In this document: positions 1-11,600 of the stretch, one piece after another | Layout: each line of letters begins with the position of its first letter | How positions within the stretch are numbered: position 1 is the first letter of the stretch | Assembly: GCA_951406725.2 (NCBI GenBank) | Contig: OX597817.1 | Location: 97,464,001 to 97,528,000 of the forward strand | Direction of reading: 5' to 3' | DNA from: Octopus vulgaris | Lineage: Eukaryota | DNA length: 64,000 bases | The notes under the pieces: model-generated | Databases searched by the model: none | The model's input: the letters and a program-made list of their open reading frames with translations, nothing else | Told to the model about the DNA's origin: nothing | Position numbers and translations under genes: made by a program

Positions 1-870
1 CTGATTTACGATGCAGGTGGCAAGACCATAACCCACACCACCTGATATCTTAAGCATCTCAGAGATGATTCCTGATGGGCTACGTGCTTTCTGTCTTCAT
101 ATCCTTAATTGCTTTATCTACCACGGTACTGTCAATTCGGGTAGCTGGTCCATCAATTGGGTCAACCTTTGGCAGACTCTCCTCCTCCCATTCATTTTCC
201 ACATTCAACAGTCTTTCACAATGGCAACTCCAAGCCTGTTTCTTTGCAGAACCATTAAAGGTAAGGCCACAATCATCCATGCAGACACATTTCTCTCCTA
301 TGACATCATGGTTTTCTCTCACACACTGTTTTGCAATCCGAAATACTTCAGTTCTTTGGTCATCATGTTGCTACTCCCTTTCCTACTACCTGTTTCCTAG
401 CTACCCCAACTCTTCCAGGCCTGTTTCTTGCTCTAATAGCCCTGTCTACTGTACTGTTCCACCACCATGTTACTCTAGATCTGGAAGGGACTTTGCACCA
501 GCCACAGATTTGGTTGTGGCACTCAGCAAGCTGTCCTGCAGGAATTCCCAGCTGCCACAGGACTGTAGCTCCTCTTCCCTCTCATCAAATTTCTCAGTAA
601 GGATATCCCTAAATCTCTGACCATGTGAAGGGTTCTTAAGCTTCCAAGTCCTTCTTTTCCAAATTGGTCTGCCTTTTGGCATCCTTCTGGCCTCAAGTCC
701 AAAGTCATTAATAACTAGTCTATGCTGGGGAGTACATTCTTCACTAGGGAGGGTCTTTGTATTTGAGAGCAACCATGCATCCTACAGTCTAGTGAGAATG
801 AAATCAATCAGGCTAGCAGAGTCACCTGACTGATAGGTTATTAAGTGGCTGGCTGGCTTCCTGAAGTTGG
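1..870 (-). mobile_element. RTE-clade LINE fragment (APE C-terminus to pre-RT region), degenerate
   Basis: APE end motifs (IDFIL, ECTPQHRLVI); closely similar in the same orientation to 35607-36220 of the larger RTE copy. Confidence 0.85.
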
Positions 871-1819
871 CCCACACCCCCTATTCCATCACTGTTACCT
901 TCCTAAAAGAGTTTATACCTATGTGCTTTGCCTGTGAGGACTCTGGCTGAAGCTCCTCTCTACCTTACCTCTTGTATGTAACATACATCAACATGTCTCT
1001 GTTCAAGCATCTCTACAATCTTAAGGAAGTATTGTATATGAAAGTGTTTGGGGCATTGTAAATATATGTTATGAACATTGTGGTTGTTAGCAGATATACA
1101 TATTAAAAAATTTTTAAAAAGAGAGAGAGAGAGAGAGGGTAAGTGTGCTGCTATCTGCTTTAGTTAGTCCTGAGATGGGGGGAGAAAGGAGGGGGCGGCA
1201 AGATAATCAATATAAAAGGAGAGAGGAGAGGAGCAACTGGGTGTCCGGTAAGAGAAAGAGATTTCCAGTATTGGTGGTGGGAGTGGGAAAGGGTGGGTGC
1301 AACTATGAACATGAAAATGTTTATGAAAGCAGCCAAGAAACAAAGTTAGTTATTGCATGAGCAGAACAAAAAAGAAAGAATTAGTTTAGGGAATGAATGA
1401 ATGAGGTGCTTAAAAACAAGAGAAATTCTTAGCTTAGCTATGCATATTTTTGAGTGTCATCAAATGGCCAAACACATGGAATAAACAACTGAATGTCTGA
1501 GAGAGGGGTGTAACAGGTGTGGAGGCGACAGCTGGATATGGACAAAGATGGCAGACTTTGCACTAAGCTTGTAAGAGGAATAGCAGGGAGTAATCACTGC
1601 AACAAGAAATAAGATACAGACAGGAAAGAAATTATCTTAGCGAACGGTACAAAATACGTATATATGTAGTCAAGAAACAAGGAAAGGGATTATTATTTTA
1701 GAGGGAGAGATTGCATATTTGAAAGTTTTTTGATGAATTAATATAAATGTTTATATAGTTGATGAAAGCAACCACTGACATGCAAAAGTCATTTTAAGGG
1801 GTAGAGAAAACAAGAAAGA

Positions 1820-1850
<31 letters not shown>

Positions 1851-2096
1851 CATATATAAAATATATACATATATATATAATACATACATATATACATAAT
1901 ATATATATAATGTATATACATATATATATATATAAAAAATATACATATATATATAAAATATATACATATATATATAATACATACATATATACATAATATA
2001 TATAAAACACAATACATATATACATAATATATATATAAAACATATATATATATAAAACATACATATATACATAATATATATATATAAAACATACAT
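1820..2096. repeat. Compound (TA)n/(TACA)n microsatellite
   Basis: Direct inspection. Confidence 0.95.
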
Positions 2097-2345
2097 ATCA
2101 TCATCATCATCATCATCGTTTAACATCCGTTTTCCGCGCTAGCACGGGTTGGACGGTTCGACCGGGGTCTGGGAAGCCAGGGGCCGCTCCAGGCTCCAGT
2201 CTGATCTGGCAGAGTTTCTACGGCTGGATGCCCTTCCTAACCCCAACCACTCCGTGAGTGGAGTGGGTGCTTTTTACGTGCCACCTGCACAGGGGCCGGG
2301 GGGTCCGGCATCGGTCACGATCGGTTCGAGCTTTTAACGTGCCTG
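2097..2345 (-). mobile_element. 5'-truncated RTE 3' end with (GAT)n tail
   Basis: Same GGAAGGGCATCCAGC...GTTAAACGATGATG 3' terminus as the RT-bearing copy at 33490-36220. Confidence 0.8.
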
Positions 2346-2677
2346 CGGCACGGGGGCAACAGGGATCCGGGGTACTTGGAATGGGTGGGGGTGGGGAAGG
2401 TTGGGGGGGTAAGGAGGAACGATGGCAGGAAGGGGTGGTGCAGGTTCGTAAGAAATAAAAACGTAGGATAATTACGAGGCGGGGAGGGGACTGGAAGGAG
2501 ATAGTCGGATTGAGGCAGTGTCAGATTCAAAACAGGAGGAAGCGTAAGATCAGTGGGCGGTTGAAGAGCTGTGACACTAGTAGCTTGTCTTTTCACAGTG
2601 AAAGCATATGAGGAGAAGGGGTAGGAAGGGGTGGTGGGGGAGGAGGAGGAAGTATCCGGTGTAGATGGTGAGAACAG

Positions 2678-2827
2678 TGTTCACCGGTATTGGTAGTGGG
2701 GGTGGGAGGGCGGGCGTGTTCACCGGTATTGGTGGTGGGAGGGCGGGCGTGTTCACCGGTATTGGTGGTGGGGGTGGGAGGGCAGGCGTGTTCACCGGTA
2801 TTGGTGGTGGGGGTGGGAGGGCGGGCG
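2678..2827. repeat. G-rich minisatellite, about 4 units of 33-39 bp (GTGTTCACCGGTATTGGTGGTGGGGGTGGGAGGGCGGGC)
   Basis: Direct tandem repeats visible. Confidence 0.9.
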
Positions 2828-3166
2828 CACCGCGCATTGGGAGAAGATGAGGTTTTAGGCGGCAGAAAGAAGACAGGATTGAGATGAAATGCTTTGCGGT
2901 GGTGTGAATAAGTTTTTGTGAGTGAAAGTTTTTATGCTTCAGCTAGCATTTGTGACGAAAGACAACGATAACGCTAATATATGGGGATACAATAATAATA
3001 AGGCTTGCAAAAACAATGAAAAGAGGAAACAGGTCGGGAACTTAGCTGATGTTTTTCATCCTGCGGTATTGGCTAAGCCTGTGGAAGCGAGTGAAGGTGA
3101 GATATATACCGAGAGAGAGAGAGAGAGAGAGACAGTGAAAACAGAGGGAGAACCGACACCACATAG

Positions 3167-3205
<39 letters not shown>

Positions 3206-3543
3206 GTGACACCGCGCATTGGGAGAAGATGAGGTTTTAGGCGGCAGAAAGAAGACAGGATTGAGATGAAATGCTTTGCGGTGGTGTGAATAAGTTTTTG
3301 TGAGTGAAAGTTTTTATGCTTCAGCTAGCATTTGTGAAGAAAGACAACGATAACGCTAATATATGGGGATACAATAATAATAAGGCTTGCAAGAACAATG
3401 AAAAGCGGAAACAGGTCGGGAACTTAGCTGATGTTTTTCATCCTGCGGTATTGGCTAAGCCTGTGGAAGCGAGTGAAGGTGAGATATATACCGAGAGAGA
3501 GAGAGAGAGACAGTGAAAAACAGAGGGAGAACCGACACCACAT

Positions 3544-3578
<35 letters not shown>

Positions 3579-3580
3579 CA

Positions 3581-3585
<5 letters not shown>
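2828..3585. repeat. Near-perfect ~382-bp tandem duplication
   Basis: 2828-3209 repeated at 3210-3578 with a few substitutions and different (GA)n lengths; CACCGC at all three junctions. Confidence 0.92.
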
Positions 3586-3621
<36 letters not shown>

Positions 3622-3844
3622 TGACTCTCAAGACTATTGAAAAGGTTGCAAGATGCAACGAAAATTTTAGAAAGATAAAAAAGAAATAAGTGGAAATTTT
3701 ACCGGTGAGTATAAGGCACCAAAAGAGAATGACTCTCCCCAGACACAACAGAATATACTTTCACACATGAACTTACATAAAGAATCTTGCAAACCAAATC
3801 CAAAAACGAAATATATATATTATAAACATATATACATACATATA

Positions 3845-4296
3845 TATATGGTGTGTTATGTGAATTTATGAAAGGAATCCCATAAAACTCAACAAATTTG
3901 TTAAAAATGGAGAAGGGAAGATGTTAAATTTTAAGAGAATTTTAATTCATGCTGATGATCATTTCGAACAGAGATAACAAAATCATGCAAATTCATGGTT
4001 GAATAGAAATAATCAAATTAATAAAAATCAAATTAATTATATATCACTGTTTTCTTCAGTGCAATTTTTGGTTTATATTTCTTGCACTGAAAAGAACAGT
4101 GATATATAATTAATTTAATTTAATTTAATTATTTCTATTCAACCATGACTTTGCATGGTTATAATATTGCTGTTTGAAACGATCGTCTGCATGAATTATA
4201 ATTCTCTTAAATTTTAATATCTTCTCTTCTCTATTTTTAGCAAATTTGTTGAGTTCTATGGGATTCCTTTCCATAAATTCACATAACACAACATAT
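3845..4296. repeat. Long foldback palindrome (arms ~220 bp, loop ~17 nt), MITE-like
   Basis: 3845-4064 is an imperfect reverse complement of 4082-4296. Confidence 0.92.
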
Positions 4297-4429
4297 ACAA
4301 GTATTATTCTCATATTCACAAACTTATGCCAGTAAGCTACCAGAAAAATATGAAGAATCTATATTAGAAATCTGTTTTGGAATCCTCCAAATTAAAGGAT
4401 GAAATATAATTCAACCTTTTCACACATAT

Positions 4430-5970
4430 TTTATACATATATGGCTAGACAGTTGCAAGAGAAGTGCATTGAACAGGATATAGACTTATACCAGTTTTCA
4501 TTGACCTAATAAAAGCGTTTGATTCTATCAATATACTTGCAGTTTGGGAGATCATAAAAAAGCTAGGATGCCCTCAAAAATTTGTGGGAATGCTTAGACA
4601 ATTTCATGACAAGATGGAAGTGAGAATTAATGTTGGAGGCATCTTATCAGATCCAATTTCTGTAGAAAATGGTGTAAAGCAAGGTGATATTCCTGCTCTT
4701 ACACTGTTTGCTATATATTTCACAATAATCTTTCAAATAGCTTTTAAGGGGTCTTCAAAAGTTCTGCATTCTCACCTTGTTAAGTTTCTGTATGCAGATG
4801 ACTGTGACCTGTTGGCACATTCTCAGAAAGATATGCAGCACATGGTGAATACAATTTCTGCAGCATGTGCAGCATTGGGTCTAACAATCAATCTAAAAAA
4901 AACTGTTATAATGTACTACCTTACTCCCTCCAAGATGTATGTGGAACCTTTTATAACTGTGAATGGTCAAAGGTTGGAAACTGTACCTAGATTTATTTAT
5001 TTAGGAAGTACCTTGAGCATTACTGGACTTGATGAAAATTCATACAGAATCAGCAAGGCTAGTAGTGCTTTTGGTAGACTTGATAAGTGTTTGTGGAAAC
5101 AACATAATATATCTTCACAAATTAAAGTTAAGGTATGTAACACATGTGTCTTCCCATCTTTGCTATATGGAAGTGAGGCATAGGTTGTTTACCATAGGCA
5201 GGTAAGGTAATTGGAATGATTTCATCAATACTGTCTGAGAAAAATTTTGGAGATAAACTGGAAAATGGCCATTAGTAATGTGGAGGTGCTTGAGAGGAGT
5301 GGCAGTAGAAGTATAGAGTCAATGATTTTGCAAAGACATTTGAAGTGGAAGGGGGGGGGGGGGTATTTGGTAAGGATGAGCGACTGCCCAAGCAGCTATT
5401 GTATGGAAGATGGCAGGAGACCAGTGCATAAGCCTAAACTAAGGCTTAAGGATTGCTTTAACAATGCTCTAATACAGACAGGAATTGCAGCTGGTAATTG
5501 GGAGAAGGAGACACAAGACCGTGATGGATGGAGGAAGATAGTGCATGATGGTTGTTCAAGTTTTGAGAGGGAGAGAGTGAAGTATGAGAGAATTGGGAGT
5601 GGGCTTAGGAGTAGGGAACCTGTGGAAAGTGAGTTTAGCTTTTTATGTGTGTGGTTTGTGGGCAGAGTCATGCAGGCCTGGTTAGCCATCAAAATTCTTA
5701 TAGAAATCGACCCATGATAAACAATGATATGGCTATAAAAATTCATAACAGAAAGTGTGTAAAATGTGGAAAGGTGTGCCTCTCAGTTGGAGGTCTAAAA
5801 AGACATGTTAATAGAGTGCATATGGTAGCACCTGTTTCTTCTGCTAGCCAGCACAGTTGTCTAGTATGTAATAAAATGTGTAAAAGTTGTCTAGTATGTA
5901 ATAAAATGTGTAAAAGTTTGACCGAGCTTAAAAGGGCATCACATGGCAACAATCATGAATCATTTCAGTA
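4430..5970 (+). mobile_element. RTE/BovB-like LINE, 5'-truncated RT with C-terminal C2H2-like fingers, pseudogenised
   Basis: GVKQGD, FLYADDCDL, FIYLGS, SLLYGSEA motifs; stops and frameshifts; CxxC...HxxxxH fingers at 5755-5930. Confidence 0.9.
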
Positions 5971-6030
5971 AGTCTTCTTGGCAATGACTTTTCTCATGTA
6001 ACAAGGATGCAGCTGTGATATATATATATA

Positions 6031-7727
6031 CACTTGCGTCGGAAATTAATTAGCACTTCTCAAATTTCTACATTTTCTTACATTTTCTTAATTTAATTAA
6101 CTTATTATCAGAAACGAACTCGTTTTTAATCAAAAATTTATTAAAACATATCCCAGCACACCACATAATTGTTATTAATCGTGAAATTTAGTCAATATCT
6201 TGTTGCTCCTCCTTTGGCAGCAATGACAGCTGCTACGCGGGTCAGCATGCTGTCTATGAGTGCCTGCAGGTACTGTGCAGGGATGGCTCCCCATGCAGCA
6301 AGAAGTGCCCCAAACAGCTCGTGTCGGTTCCTGTATTGTTGCACATTCAAATCCCTACCCAATCGACTCCAGAGGTTCTCAATAGGGTTCAGGTCAGGTG
6401 ACTGGCCAGGCCAGTCCATGACCGTCACCCCATGGTCCTTGAAGAAACCGGTTGTGAGCTTGGCTGTGTGGGAAGGCGCATTGTCCTGCTGGAGCAGTAC
6501 TCCTCGCCACCAAAGAGGTATCCCGTACTATCTCAACGTACTTTGCTGCGTTGATGTTGCCTTCGACGGCATAGAGCCGCCCAACACCACTGTAGCTGAA
6601 TGCCCCTCACACCATCAGACCACCCCCACCTTGCTTCATGGTGGGAGCAATGCAGTCTTTGTTGAAGCGCTCACCCCTGCAGCGTTGCACATGGACAAGC
6701 TTGTCACTGACGAGACTGAATCGCGACTCGTCAGTGAACATCACTGTCCGCCACTGCTGCACGGTCCATGTCTTGTGGGCACAGGCCCAGAGCAGCCGCC
6801 TCTTCCGGTTTTGGGCTGTAAGGAGCGGCTTACGGGTGGCCCTACAGGATTTTAGACCAGCTTCCAGTAATCTGGTCTTGACGGTGGTTGTAGACAACTG
6901 CTTCCCTGTCATCTTTTGCATCTCCTCCGCCAGTTGCCGGCTCGTTACCCTTCGGTTGTACAGTGACTTTCGGATCAGCATCCGGTCCTCCCGCTGGGTC
7001 GTCAGCCTCTTCCGTCCCCTACCCTTTTTGTCAGCTGCTGATCCAGTTTCTTCGTATTTCTTAAATAAGCACTGAATTGTGCGCCTGGCTACACCAAGTT
7101 TTCTGGCTATTGCAACCTCCGACAGCTTCCCACGCCACGAGAGAGCCTCGTTCCGTCTCTCCAAGGTCATGCGAGGTCTTGGGCCCATCTAGGAATGAAC
7201 GATAAAAACCAGTTATTTTCATTAAAACTATTCATTTGAATAATGTTATGCTATAACAAAACTGCTATGAGTTATTATTCATTAAACAAAAAAGAAAGAA
7301 GGCAGAATTTCTCACCTTATTTGATGTATAACAGAAAGTTTTGTGAACAGGAAGTGACGTCACCAAGCAGAGTGTAGGAGAATTTGTGAGGAAAAAAAAT
7401 CTTGCAAATACACAAATCAATTAACCTACAAGCTGTTCAAAACGTCTTACGCTATGAGAAAACTTAGTATGGTGTGATTCCGGTCCTTGCGAGGCGCTAC
7501 CTATATCTATTAAACAAAGGAAGATTTGTCTGCATCCGCACTCCAAGTTGTTGTTGCACTGCTATGTCAACATCATTAGGCTGTAGACTCTCAAACCGCT
7601 CTGCAAACAAAGTTACGTCATCGTTCTGCGCAACAGTGAACTTGCAACGAGATATGGCCACTAGGTGACAGCAAATACCTTGAGTGAAGAGCAAATCAAG
7701 GGTGCTAATTAATTTCTGACGGTAGTG
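6031..7727 (-). mobile_element. Tc1 (DD34E) DNA transposon, full length, transposase disrupted
   Basis: 26-bp TIRs CACTTGCGTCGGAAATTAATTAGCAC / CACTACCGTCAGAAATTAATTAGCAC (rev. comp.), flanking TA; GRGRKR, FTDESRF, QQDNAPSH-SPDLNPIENLW with 34 residues between D and E. Confidence 0.95.
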
Positions 7728-8033
7728 TATATAGCTCTTGGGAATAAGTATCCTACTCATTTTGTTTATTTTGTTTTATCTTTGGTATAATACTGGATGA
7801 AAATTTGAGTTAAGACATACTGTTTGTTTACATTCTATTTGAAAATTTACGGCAGCAAATTCGTTACGCAACCTTTTCTTTACATTTTATCACAATCATT
7901 TTGCACTTAACTTTTTCTTACAGTAACCTCATCATTTACATTCTATTTGAAAAATTTACAGTAGCCAATTCATAACGAACCCTCTTTCTTTTCACTATCA
8001 TTTTTTCACAGCAGCCCTCTCCATCTGTACCTT

Positions 8034-8330
8034 TTGTTTTTCTCTTCTTTCATATCTTCATTACCTGCTCCTCCCCTCTCTCCTTCCTTTCATATCTTCC
8101 TCCTTTTCCCACTTCTCTCTCCCTCCTTTTGTCTTGCTTTACACCTACCCCTCTCCCTCTCTCTTTCATATCTTCCTCCTTTTCTCATCTCTCTCCCTCA
8201 TTCTGTCTCTCCCTCCATCTACTGCTCTCCCTCTGTTTCATACCTCCCACTTTTTCTTTCCTCTCCCTCACTCTGTCTCTCCCCCCCTTTCATATCTTCC
8301 TCTTTTTCTCACTTCTCTCTACTGCTTTGG
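8034..8330. repeat. CT-rich low-complexity tract
   Basis: Repeated TTTCATATCTTCCTC and CTCTCTCC motifs. Confidence 0.8.
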
Positions 8331-8689
8331 CCTGGTTTTCTACAGCTGGATGCCCTTCTTAATGCCAACTACTTTACAGAATGGGCTGGGTGCTTTTTAT
8401 CCAGTCCACTTACTGTTATATGTTTTAAATCAAAAGATCTCTGCATTTTTACTAAATCACCCTTCAATGTCTTGCTTTTGTATGTGTATATAAGAGAGGG
8501 ATGTGTGAGTGTGTGTGTGCGTGCGTATGTGTGTGCACACAAATGTCCCTGATATAAAAATCAACACAAAGACTAATTGTTTACTTATTACGTTACTTTT
8601 TGAAAATAAGCTATGAAATAAGATGAAAATGCATTTTCCCCCAATAATGTGTTTATAAATTTATATACACCATATGTATACATGCTTTT

Positions 8690-11600
8690 ATATTTATTTT
8701 ATTTTATTTTATCTAGTTTCAGCTCACGAGCTTTGGCCATGCTGGGGCACCGCCATTTGGTGTTGCTACATGATTTTACTTCATGAATGCTTTTTAGCAA
8801 TTGCCATTTGATGCATGAGAGAGTTCGATGCAGCTGCCCTCACCTGCACCTCCTGCCGTGAAGTTGGTTCATCTGGTACACCTGACAGGAAGAGATCAAG
8901 TTTTATTTTAAAGACATCTGCATCCACCCCGTGCGGTCTCTCAGGTTCTTTGGGAGGATATTGAAGAGCTGTGGACCTCTGAAGCCCAGGCTATCACAGT
9001 ATCTTGTCCTACATCTTGATGGCAAATTTGGAGTCCTTGGCACTATGCAGTGGCGCCCAGCTCTAGCATCTGTGTAACTCTCAATGCCAAATTTGGGACA
9101 AGTCCTTCTAGGATCTTCCAGGAATAGAGTCTTAATCTCTTGAGTCTTTCCCAGTAGCTTATATGCTGCACAAAGGCTATCTTCTTCGTGTAGCTTCGTT
9201 GGGTCGCCTCAAGTTCTGTGATTAACTTGACACTGGATGGTGACCATAGCTGAGAGCAATAGTGGCTTAGGACAAGTATCCTCCAGAGGACCGTCATGGT
9301 TTCCTGGTCTCTTGTTCTAAAGGTTCTAAGAATCCATCCGGTTAGCCGCCTACATTTCATTGCCAATTTAGCAACATGCACACAAAAGGTTGCATCATCA
9401 CTCATGTAAATACCCAGGTCTCGCACTGATTGTGCCTCTAGGATTGCAATCCCTCCAGGTCCAGTGTATTTATTGGGTATTGCATTTAGTTTTGCATGCT
9501 GATAGCATAAGGCTTGAAACTTTTCAGCATTGAACTGCATGCTATTCTTTTCAGCCCACTTGTATATTTTGTTCAGCTCACATTGCAGGTGCATAGTGTC
9601 TTCAGGGTTCTGTATTGCCTGTGAAACTTTTGTATCATCTGCATAACTTGTGATCGTGGCTCTCTGCTTGGCTGAGGGCATGTCTGAGATGGCCATTATG
9701 AACAGTAGTGGTCCCAAAAAAGTGCCTTGCGGAACAGTGCCTTGCGGAACACCGCTCACTATTTGCATGTTAATGGAGGTGGCCCTATTGGCTACTGCCT
9801 CGTGACTTCTATCCTTCAGAAAGTCACGAAGCCATTCTCCCAATTTTCCAACTATGCCAAGATCACGCAGTTTGTGACATATCATTCCATGATCGACTTT
9901 ATCAAAGGCCTTTGCAAAGTCGAGATATATGACTTCCACATTTGAGTGGTTGAGCAGTTGTTTCAGCACCCAGTCATAGTGTTGTAGGAGCTGAGTTAGG
10001 CAGCTCCTTCCTAGTCGGAAACCATGTTGGGTGTCAGGCAGCAAGTCATTTTCTTCAAGGAAGGTGATTAGTTTCCTTCTGACTATTCGTTCCATGACCT
10101 TGCTGATGTGTGAGGTCAGAGAGATAGGTCTGTAGTTCTTGGCCTCCGCCTTGCTACCTCCTTTATGAATGGGGCATATTTTACCTTCCTTCAGTTATCT
10201 TGGAAGTTTGCCAGTTGCAAGGAAGCTCTGAAAGAGGAACTGCAGTGATCTTGCTAGGACTCTCTTACATACTTTTAGAAGGATTGCTGGGAATCCATCG
10301 GGGCCAGATGCTGAGTTTGTGTTCATTTCATCTATAGCCTTTATTACATCGTCTTCCTTTATATTGATGTAATCAATCATTGCTGCCTCTGATTTTATAT
10401 CTGCAGTGAGAAAGAAGTCAGTTGGATTGCTGACTTGAAAATGCCCAAGGGGTGGAGTGAAAACACTCTTGAATTGCTCATTTAATATTTCACTTATCCT
10501 CATTGGATTTCCTGTGAGTGTACCACCCTTTTCAAGGAGTGGCCCTATCCTACAGTGCACCGTAGCTGTTTCTTTGGAAAACTTGTAGAACGCTCTAGGG
10601 TTAGATTTTATGTTGTCTATAGTCCAGGCTTCTTTGTCTGCTCTTTCTTTTTCATGGGAGAGTTGCAGACATTTTTCAATTTCCAACAGTTTTATTTTCA
10701 GGAGGGACTTTTCACTGCTTTCAATTTGTTTGTTTAGGCGATTTGAAACTTTTGTACGTCGCCTCATAAGAATTTTCCTATCTCTGGGGATTTTGTTCTT
10801 GTGTACAGTGGCCTTTCTCTATGGGACACATTTGTAGCATATGGCTTGCATTACAGACATGAATTGTTGAAGTTTCATGTCAATGTCTGGCGAGGAGAGA
10901 CATTTAGGCCAGTTTTGTTTGAGGATCTCTTTCTCAATTTGTTTCCAGTTTGCCTTATGGAAGTTCAAGCTGGAAAGATTTTGAGAGTTTCTTGTAGACT
11001 GCATGTCCATGCTTTCCTTTGGCTCGTACATGGTCAGCTCTACCATGTTGTGATCCGAGAGTAGTGTCGGTGTCACTATCACATTATGGATGAGATCCAT
11101 ATTATTTGTGAAGCAGAGATCCAGTATGTTACCTGCCCTGGTTGGTTGGAGTATTATTTGCTCCATGTACAGAGTGTTGATGAGGTTCAGGTGGGACCTC
11201 GCCTGTCCTCGTTCGTATCGTGTCATTCCTGGGAGAGAAAGGCCCTCGGGCCATCTGACATTGGGCAGATTGAAGTCTCCCATAAGAAGTACACTTGTGT
11301 TGTTCTAATGTGACTAGAACTTCTTCTATTTTTATAAGGCAGTCTTCAAACTTGCCTACATGGCTTGGGGCATCTGGAGGGCGATATGTAGCACATATAA
11401 CTACACCAAGTTGCCTTATATGTACAATTAGTGTGTCACACACCGAATTTGAGTATGACAAAAAGACCTGGGGTGTGAGGTCCTCGCAGATGTATATAGC
11501 AACTCCTCCATGACTCCTTTCTTTTCTGTCGGTCCGTAGTACAACATACTGTGGTATGTGTATTTCCGCATCTGCTATGTCCGGTTTCAGGTGTGTTTCC

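Noticed and set aside
1751-2126. Long Y/I/M/C-rich ORFs (also 28849-29259, 29307-29492)
   Set aside because: Translations of TA/CA microsatellites
2577-2837. Formin/extensin-like proline-rich protein
   Set aside because: Product of a minisatellite; no splice or homology support
5645-5971. Independent C2H2 zinc-finger gene
   Set aside because: Collinear tail of the RTE LINE ORF with frameshifts and an internal duplication
6169-6855. 228-aa plus-strand ORF as a separate gene
   Set aside because: Antisense shadow of the GC-rich Tc1 transposase
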